DNA from: Dimorphilus gyrociliatus
Taxonomy: Eukaryota; Animalia; Annelida
Assembly: GCA_904063045.1 (NCBI GenBank)
Contig: CAJFCJ010000006.1
Coordinates: 4,170,408 to 4,234,407, forward strand
DNA: 64,000 bases
Direction: 5' to 3'
Part shown: one piece after another, positions 54,701 through 64,000 of the stretch
How positions within the stretch are numbered: the stretch's first letter is position 1
How the letters are laid out: every line of letters starts with the position of its first letter
The notes under the pieces: generated by a model
Seen by the model: only the letters and a program-made list of their open reading frames with translations
Told to the model about the DNA's origin: nothing
Database searches by the model: none
Program-made: the position numbers and the translations under genes

Positions 54701-57700
54701 AATTTGAGTAGGTTTAATAAGTACATAAATGCTATAAAAAGGTATCTTTGGAACTCCAAGATTATGAGTCGTTCAGTCAAAAATGTAGTGGTACAATTGT
54801 TCATAATAGATATATTTTAACGCCGGCCAAATGTATTAGCAGGTTTGTTGTTATATTTTTCATACTATGTAGTACAGTCAATTAGTAATTGTTTTAATGC
54901 ATTTAATGTAGAAATACCGATAGAATAATCATTAGATTTGCAAAATCAAGCATTCCTGTTGAGGTTATCCACAAGAAAGATATAGTATTTTATGCTTCTA
55001 AATATGAATTTCTTAATGTTGCTATAATAAGGTTACCGAGATCTTTAATAGCAAACTTTCCAATAAATCCTATTTGCCTACCAAAAACTACTGTCTTACT
55101 GAATGAAAGCTCTCAGTGTTTTCACGTGGAATTGATGAGTAAGTAGTAGTAGAGATAAAAGTAATTGTTTCTCATCACCATTTTTTACGTTATAAATAGA
55201 CAATGGAACGAATTTGATCAATTGGAGAAAAGTCATTGAGCGAAATGAATGTAATAGAGTAATGGGTAATACTACCGACAGACCAAATTTTGTTTGTGCC
55301 TCTTCAAAGAATCCTTCTAATAAAACTACGGAAAGTTATTGTAAAGTTAGTACTACAGTGATAATATGATAAACATTAGCTATTCAAGTACTTTTACAAA
55401 GGTCAAAGGCTTTGGAGATCCTTTAATTTGTTTGATAAATGATAAATGGTTACTTTTTGGCATAAAAAATTGGATTCCATCAATATGTGAATGGGATTTT
55501 AATGTTTACTCTCATATTTCAAGCAATCTAGAATGGATAAATCGCTCTATTGACAGAGATTTAAAATGTACCGAAAGCTGTGTTATTCCTAAAGGTAAGG
55601 TGGGTAACATTGGCACTTTTCTAGCAGAGTCTTTATAATGGCAAACATATCTTTTTTTAAAAGATTTCTTATTGTTTTGCGACTTTGACGATTCTATCTG
55701 TGGATTTGTGGTGAAGAGCTACCCTAATAATGATATTGTCAAATGGACAAGATCCGTAACTCAAGCTGAAGACAATTGTAAGAAAAGAACAATGTAATAC
55801 GAATGTTATTAATTTAAAACATCATTTTGATATTAAAAATAGGTCCTGAAAGTTTCTTAATGGCTCAAGTACTAAAAGTGAGCGCTCAGAGTGTTGCTCT
55901 AGCTGAACTACCAGTTGTTGACCTTATAGGAGATCTATGCTTAATTTTTAAGTATAAGATTAAGCAGTTGGTCGACTCAACAGTATCCTTATCAGTAAGA
56001 ATTACTAATTGATTACTTAGTGTTTTGGTTTAAGTGATAAGAAAATTTTATAAATATAGGTTTATATCAAATTTGACGAAAATGAACCAATTCCTTTAAT
56101 ATTTTTTGATAAGAATACCAATAATCTTTGGAAGAAAAGCGAGATTAGGATTAATAATAATTCGAAATTTAAGGTAGAATGAAAAGAAAAACGATATCCT
56201 TTGTTATTAAATTATTCATTTATATCTTAAAGATAATCTTCAAAGCATCATTAAATTATGAAAATACTAATTATATCTTATTAGATAAAGTTGGAATAAG
56301 AGAAGGAATATGTCCAAATTCTCCATTAACTAGTACAGGTAGTTTTTCTATCATATAAAAGATTTCCCAAATAATAAAGCTGGTTTATCTTTTAGATAAT
56401 TCTATTGACTGTGAATTCCAAAATGGAATGTGCGGTTATAGTTTGAAAAACAATTTAAAAAGTCCATTTGAATGGCAATATGTGAAAATTTCTACAGAAT
56501 TGAACAAATATGGTTTAAAGTTAACTTCTTTCACAGGACATTCTGAATCTGTGACAGAAATTTTATCATCACTAATTCAACCATCTCAAAATGAAAAATG
56601 TCTCTCTATTAATATTTATGGAAAAAATCGATTATCTTACTTAAAAAATATTATTCATGAATTATACGTAAAAGAAAATGATAAGATAAGAAAGTAAGTA
56701 TGAAAGTATATACTGTAGTATTGTATAAATATAGTGTACACATTGAAATTATAAATTGTAGATATAGAAATTTATGTAATTGGGATGTAAAAATGTCAAT
56801 TGGTGGAAATGTTACCCAGATAATACTCAAGGCAAAGTTAAAGTCAAATTATTTTAGAGAAGATATTTTTATTGATAATATTAAGATAAGAAATGTTCCT
56901 TGTATGCACCAAAGTAGTTTGTCATATATGTTTTTTTTATACAAGTTGTCTTACGCTTTGGATTATTTCACTATAGATCATTTATTTTGTACTTTTGAAC
57001 AAGACTTATGTAATTATACCATCGTTCAATATAATGTTGGAGAAAGTAAGAAATTCGTCTGGGAAATAAAGGAAATTGAAGAGTGTTAGTTATATAACAT
57101 CTTTTATTTTTATTATCTTCTATGCAAATTTTCCCTAATTAAATCTAGGTTCAAGAGGAAATAAAGTTTTAGCTCCAAGATCCTTTGTAGGATCTCGTGG
57201 CGATACTACAACAGCAACTACACCAATTGTTAACAATGATAGAAACTTATGCTTATTTTATAAATATCAATTGACTTCCTACTACTCTAAAATCTCTTTG
57301 ACAGTTTGTCTTTTATCTTTTTTATCAAGGATAAGAAGAATAACAAAATAAACTATACGCTTCTGTTTTCTCCTTATAGGTCTATGTTAAAGAAGAGAAT
57401 GGTAAGATAACTCCCCTTAACTTTCATGTTGAAAATACTGCTCCAAATTGGAAAGCTGGCGAAACCTATTTACCAAGTGGAAACATAAGTGTATTTAATT
57501 TTATCCTACTCCGTTATTAACACAAATTTATATGGATTAACTTTACTATTTTAGATTATATTCAAATCGATTCTATACGCACAATACGGCAGTAATGTAA
57601 TGATAGATGATATTGAATTTAGGTCTTGTAACCTTATTAGGCCAAATGAGAAAAGTTTGTATTTAATAATTGTAGAATATTGCATACTAGTTACATTCAT

Positions 57701-59780
57701 ATATTTTATAAGATGATTCACTATCCTGCGATTTTAATAATGGAATGTGTGGCTATGAATTTGAAGTAGATTTTTCAAGTTCAATCGAATGGCATTTAGT
57801 TGAAACTCAAAGTATTTTCAATATTCTTGTTAATAGTTTTATAAAGAATAATAATATTGTCTTTATTTAGAAAAGAATTCTGTAATACGTTTAATAAATG
57901 TCTATAATTCTAAAAAGAAACAAATTAGACTATTTTCACCAAAAATTCAACCATCTAGAGAGGAGAGATGTCTTTTCTTTCAAATGCATCATATCGTTGA
58001 AAATGATCAACAGTTTTCTCCATTTTTCGTTGTATACGTTTATCAAAGAACAAGCGAAGAGGAGAATTTGAAATTTTTGTAACTAGTTTAGACACCTTTT
58101 AATACTATTTAAAATTTTATTGAAATGTTGAATTATAGTTCAGAAATCCAATCGAATAAAGGATGCAATCATTTTATTCAACTGAGAGAAAATGTCGTCC
58201 AAGTAAGTCATATAATAAAACGTTTAGACTATAAATAAACTATAAATCTTCTAGTTTTCATTTGAAGTTCAAGGACAATTGTTAAAAGAGGAAATTACAC
58301 TTCATCTAGACAATTTTAATTTAATCTATTCAAAATGCCCAAATGGTAATATCTATTCAAGTATCGTAACATTACATAAGGAATATTAAAATAAATATTA
58401 TATCATTTAGATTTAACGAATGATTTGCATTACTGCGATTTTTCAAGTGATAATTGTAATTTTATAATTGAAAATTATCATTCAAGGTCAACAATTGATA
58501 AGTTGAAATGGAAAAATCACGAATCAAAGACAAATTTGCTATGTTAGAACAAAATAAAGAGAAATAAATTTGAAGAGACTAATTTATAAACGTTTTATTA
58601 CATAATTCAGGTAACAATTCGTATATGATGGTTGATTCTGTTGATGGATATCCGAATGAGGTTACAGTATTAAGGTCGCCTTTAATAAACAAAGTCGAAG
58701 AAGCTTGTCTTATATTTGATTATAAAATGCCTAATAAACTACAAGGATCAACTTTATCGGTAAGTTCCATAGAATTTAAAACTTTATACATTTTCTACAA
58801 GGAAATCATATTAATAGGTATATATTCAATACGAAAATAAAGAATTAGATTATATTATATCATATAATCACTTTACAAACGATGATTGGATAAAAGAAAG
58901 ATTAATATTAAAACCTAAGCGAATATATCAAGTAATTATCAATAAGTTTAATTATTGATATAGATATATGATAATGAATATTCTCCTTCTATAGGTTTTG
59001 TTTAAAGTTATTCAATTTCAACTATTTTCCGGTAATATCTATATTGATAATATAATTATATCAAAATCGGAATGTCACAATCCTTCAAATTTTGGATACG
59101 ATAGTAAAAATATTATATAATTTCCTTTATAAAAATACTCTATTAATATAAAACTGCTTTTCAACTTTCAATTGACGAAATAGATGATGAAATTTCATGC
59201 AATTTCAACACTAATTTATGCGGATATAGAATAATTAATCAATTGGAGTCGCCATTTGAATTTCAATATTCCGGTAATAAATTTATTGTTTTTATTGTTT
59301 ATAGCTTTTTTTTACTTTTCTTACATTTCTTTTATTTATACTTATCGAAAAAATGAAGGCGAGTCCAATAGGGGTTTGCAACTGAGAAGGAACGAAAAAT
59401 CGACTGGTTATATTGTCAGGATAGTATCGCCTATTATAAGAAAATCGAGTTTGAAAGACAACTGTCTATATTTTAATATAATTGGAAAAAACAATGAAGA
59501 TATCGATTATTTAATGAAATATTTCTACATATCAATATATATCAATGCTCAACCGAAGAATGGATTTAGGTTAATATCTGTATATTATTAATAATTTCTC
59601 TTTAATAGTTTATCCCTCTACAGCAAAACTCAGTTTACTCTAACATCTTCGAGAAATTTTATACCTGTAAAGGAAACTACCATTCAAATTATGCTTGAAA
59701 TTGAATCCTTTCCAGATCTTTTTAACCAAGAATTATACTTTCAAAGCATCATATTATCTCCATTACCTTGTCTTTCCTAA
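48764..59780 (+). CDS. Large type II membrane protein: TM, SEA, Thr-rich linker, 6x MAM, inactive trypsin-like domain, 6x MAM
   Basis: Hand-spliced model with more than 40 short exons. Putative start MNNYLDAKLS|AVEDIEE. TM KLMIIILIIVIVLLISIIIGIILGFTI; SEA with FKSGSIISNF; twelve MAM-like units (CxF...C...W...L.SP...CL...I.F...IDNI...C); protease-like segment about 54581-55593. Not every junction was verified and the start is uncertain. Confidence 0.75.
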
Positions 59781-60628
59781 AAACAAAAAAACACAGTTAC
59801 AACTATCAATTGACAATATTTACAAAGAAAAAAACATAGAAAATCCTTAATTTGTCACGAACAAACTTAATATGAATGTTAAAAGTGGTGTTATTTTATC
59901 TATCTCTGTTCGTTTAAGAATTATAATTAAGTTTAAAACTGTTATTATAAAATATTAGCAATTATAACAAATAATACAAAAACTAATAGAATTTTAATAT
60001 CATTAAAAAGACATACAGTTCTAAATTACTATCTCAAACAGAGAAGTTAATACTCAAAGAAAAATCATAGTTAAAGTCTAATATAAAAATATTGTAGTTA
60101 TAACCTCCAATTTCACCTTTTACTTTACTCAGGATGAGCAAATAATAGAATCGTGTTAAGTGATTATTATGGTTATTCAATAAAGTAAAATATAGCTAAT
60201 GTTGTACAAATTTTTCTGTAACTTATTCTACATCGTGTTAAAATTTTTTTTTTACTACGATATAATTCGCTGTTAGTGACTAACATACAGGAAGAATAAA
60301 TACAATTTCATTGATTGAACGAGAAATCGTGAAAGATTTAAAAAAGGCCTATATGTCAAAAGTAAAAAAAAGAAAAAGAACGAGCGAGCTCGAAGGCTTT
60401 CAGCGTAGTTTTTTTCTTATTATAAGGAAATTTATTTTATTTTTGTCGTTTTTTCCAAGTTGTCTAATATTTACAGAATATATATATATATGTGTGTTGA
60501 GTGTGTAGCGGTAGTAGCAGTCAATTTGGCAATCGTAACAGTCACTCAACCAACGATAACTTCGCTTTAAAGTAATAATAATTAATTATAATTATAAATA
60601 GTATTTATTTAATATACTTCTTTTACAG

Positions 60629-61414
60629 ATGGAAAACTTTCCACTATTTTCATTATATCTAATATTATGCTTTTTCTATGTACGAGCTGAAGTAAAATCG
60701 GATTGTTTGTCGTTCGATCCACCAGATTTGGTAGAGAGGCTTACGAGATTTAGGACTGAAAATGATTTAGAAGTAGCTGAATTTAGTGAAGAAATTGATA
60801 AAATAGTATTTGAGAAGAAAATTCTTAAAGATTCAAGAGCGAATGCAACTTGTCCTAATTCTTTACAAGAACATATGCAAGAACTGAATAATATCTCAAA
60901 AATGCAGAAAGTAGATTTACGAGTGTCTACATGTCCTATTTTTAACGTTGTCAGTTATCATGAAAAGCGCTTTCCGAGATCGATTACCGAAGTGCGGTGT
61001 CGTTGTTCCTCTCCCAAAACTCCTGGCTGCCTTAGAGAAAATAGTCGAACCGATTCAGATTATGAGTGCGGTCCTATAGCAGTTAGAGTACTTGTTTTGG
61101 TAAAGAATGGTGAATGCGAAAATAACTTTGCAAAATATGTTCCTTATTGGGATGAGCAAGTCGTTGGATGTGGTTGTCAAGCTTCTAAATGGCACGAAAA
61201 GGAAGTAGAACATTCTACTGTTGAATCTTTTACATTAACTCCTCTAAACAACGAGACGACAACAAGAAAATTTACAAACGAAAGTCATAATACAACGATA
61301 AATACAACAAATTCGTCAACAACTGAACAATATACGGAAACAAATTTACTTCAAATAAATACAACAACCACAAAATCCGTATTACAGAATGAAACAGTAA
61401 ATTCAGTTAGTTAA
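60629..61414 (+). CDS. IL-17-like (IL-17/PTTH/Trunk cystine-knot family) secreted protein with Thr/Asn-rich tail
   Basis: Signal peptide MENFPLFSLYLILCFFYVRA; STCP...RFPRSITEVRCRC...C...C.PI...VLVL...C...YVPYW...VVGCGC is the IL-17-type cysteine pattern. Single coding exon. Confidence 0.75.
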   Translation: MENFPLFSLYLILCFFYVRAEVKSDCLSFDPPDLVERLTRFRTENDLEVAEFSEEIDKIVFEKKILKDSRANATCPNSLQEHMQELNNISKMQKVDLRVSTCPIFNVVSYHEKRFPRSITEVRCRCSSPKTPGCLRENSRTDSDYECGPIAVRVLVLVKNGECENNFAKYVPYWDEQVVGCGCQASKWHEKEVEHSTVESFTLTPLNNETTTRKFTNESHNTTINTTNSSTTEQYTETNLLQINTTTTKSVLQNETVNSVS

Positions 61415-61560
61415 GTAACTACAATGCCAAATAAAAGTAAAGATATCAATTTATCAAGACCATCATCGGTGAGGAAGAATATTAAAATATAAAATTTCAA
61501 ACTATTATAATAAATATATTTATATTAAAGGTTTAAAAATATAAATAAACATATTTGAAC

Positions 61561-64000
61561 TTAAATTGTATCAGGTGTTTTATTTATACAATATCCAATT
61601 GTCATCTTAATCTTAGATATAAGAATATAGTTATTAATACTAGTTTCGTTCTTAAATATTGTCATAGAAAACTGAAAAAGAACAAAAAAGAGGTTTTATA
61701 ATATTGAATTCTTTATTATTTATTTAGTAAAAACTACCTGATTAATAGTTTTATCTAGATTGAACAGAATATAATTGTTACAGTGTATTATATCGGTAGG
61801 ATATCTATTTAAATAAAATATTTAATAAATATATACATAAAGATATTTCAAAAAAAATAGTTTATCACCTAAACTCTTTATCAGAATCTCGTTTAACTTT
61901 CACCGACAAACTAGCTGAATTTGATAATTCAAGTACGCTGATATTTAAGCAACTTTGTGTAAAATTATTATTAAAGATTGGTGAATACAGAGTTTTGGAA
62001 CTGTTATCATTCTTTTCATTAATTCTACCCATAAGTAAGTATTCTAATAAAGTATTAGGATATAGATAATTAATTAATTTCAATTAAAAAACTAATTTAA
62101 ACATGTTTTATTACCATTTTCATTAGTTGATAATCTTTGCCAATCTATTCCCTTCTCAGAATAGTCGCCGTTATTCATATAGTATCCACATAAACTTTTC
62201 ATAAAATTACATGATACGTTGATTTCTATTCGTATTAATTAAAGCTATAATTAAGCAAATAAGGTAGATAATAAACATTTACTCTCTGGATGATTTATTG
62301 GTGATGAACAATTAATATTATCAATTATTATTTCAGCTATTTTGAATATTGTACTATTAGATAGACTTGAAATAGCTTGAATAATTAATTGATTATCTCC
62401 AGTATTAGACAAGATAGATATCTGCAAATTTTTCCACTCGTTTCTTTTAAAAGATGAAAGATTGATAATAGGAATTGTCTTATTATTTTTCTTAAAGTAT
62501 ATCTAAGATTATTGCAGAATATTTATAATCCAGCCTAATCTAATATAAGTTTTTTTCACTTACTGATAACATTCCGCAATTTTGAATTATTCTATTATTA
62601 GCATCAAAAATACTTAGATTAAAATTGATACATCGTAATTCTCTATTCAAATTTGGCGTTATTAATAAACTACTTTCACCCATGTTTGAATGAGAAGTAT
62701 TAACAGTTAAATATCTCTTCTCTGGAATAAAATTGTTAATGTTAATATTCTAAAAATAATATTGAATTTTAGTGATTTTTTTTAATGATTCACCTCTTTT
62801 TCTCAAGTTTTCTCCAAGCAAAAACCATTTGAAATGGGATTGTTCATTTAAATTTAATATCTTTAAGTCGTCTAGATTATCGTTAAAAAACCATGATAAA
62901 GCTATAATTTAATAAATGTATATATTATATAGTATAAAGTATATAAAGTTATTAAAAATACCTGTAGAACAATTGGAAATTGATAGGCTAATTAATGATA
63001 AAGTTGCTTTAAAATGGTCGTTATTTGGAGATTTTGCATTGAAGTATATCTATGAGAAGATAATGATAAATTTTTTAAATGATTGTGTTTCTATTTCTTC
63101 CTTAATACCATTTCAGCCTTATCATTAATATAAGTTATCCATGTATTTCTATGAAATCTATCCATTACGTGACTATGTAATAAAGTAAGATATTAAAAAA
63201 ATCTTATGTAACACACTCAATGTTTACCTTTTTAATACAGATTTCGATTTACTTTTTAATGATATTGCCACAACATTCCATTCGAATTCCATATTAGAAT
63301 CTAATTTATATGATAAACACAATCTATTAGCCTTGGTTGTCTTTAATTTTGGGATTATTAGTAAAGCTTCGTCATCCAATTTTGAATATCCATTTAAATT
63401 GAATTGATATAGATTATCTGAGGATAAGAATTCAAGAGATTGATAATTAATTAATCTTTATGAATACCTTTCAAATTTCTATTAATCTCCCATTGAAAAG
63501 GCGATAATATGTCATTTTTAAAGCTATAACCGCAAAATACATCATTAAGTTTACAATCTGGAATATTTTGTTGTAAAAAGTTGAAGTTATTACAGATTTA
63601 TTAAAAATAGTATTACAAACCGGAAATTGCATTGGATATGAAAATGCTTGTACTGCATTTAAAATGAAGTAATATATTATCAATCGCAGCGTATGATACT
63701 CTCATTTTCAAACGATTTGTTTGAATTGCTTTAAATACAATCTAATAAGGAAAATGAAGGAAAGAGAGAGAGAGACAGAGAGAGAGAGTGACTGTTTATT
63801 AATTGTATTCTATGATTAATTTATATTACTTTATATTGATTTGGATAAAAGATATAAGATTGCTTCTTCCATAAAAACTTCCCAGAATCCGAAACAGATA
63901 GGATAATAGGATTTTCGTCATTGTTTTTATAAATATAAATCTAAGGAAAAAAGTTAAAATAAATGAATATTCATGAATAATTAATCATAGATTATGATAA
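61561..64000 (-). CDS. 3' part of a second multi-MAM-domain gene that runs off the right edge
   Basis: Spliced exons give IVFKAIQ...AAIDNILLHFKC, DCKLNDVFCGYSFKNDILSPFQW, LLIIPKL...LCLSY, LLITPNL...CINF, LYSPIF...SCLNI, and a final FSMTIF...ILISKIKMTIGYC...*. At least three full MAM units and one partial. Confidence 0.7.
63763..63788. repeat. (AG)n microsatellite in an intron
   Basis: About 13 AG units with one interruption; forms the polypyrimidine tract of a minus-strand acceptor. Confidence 0.85.

Overview
AT-rich, gene-dense animal (metazoan) DNA with many short GT-AG introns (mostly about 45-70 nt) and intergenic gaps of a few hundred bp. The style fits a miniaturised invertebrate genome such as the annelid Dimorphilus gyrociliatus; that is an inference, not a tested assignment. 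Gene models were built by hand from splice sites and translation. Left to right: a partial unknown gene (-), a short plakin/plectin-repeat gene (-), a CUB-like/TM/PPxY membrane protein (+), RPS20 (+), DRC3/LRRC48 (-), TOM1/TOM1L2 (+), MRPL9 (-), MED7 (+), a GMC oxidoreductase (+), tandem soluble guanylate cyclase beta and alpha subunits (-), EXO1 (-) with a candidate nested antisense gene, LRPPRC (+), RAB18 (-), YIPF4 (+), a cadherin-like beta-sandwich/U-box/TPR protein (+), a ZYG11-family LRR/ARM protein (-), an 11-kb type II membrane gene (TM-SEA-6xMAM-catalytically dead trypsin-like domain-6xMAM) (+), an IL-17-like cystine-knot gene with a glycosylated tail (+), and a second MAM-array gene (-) running off the right edge. 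No tRNA, rRNA, CRISPR array or recognisable transposon was seen. The best leads are the MAM/pseudoprotease/IL-17/MAM cluster, the cadherin-like/U-box/TPR putative E3 ligase, the nested gene in EXO1 and a 15-nt microexon in TOM1.
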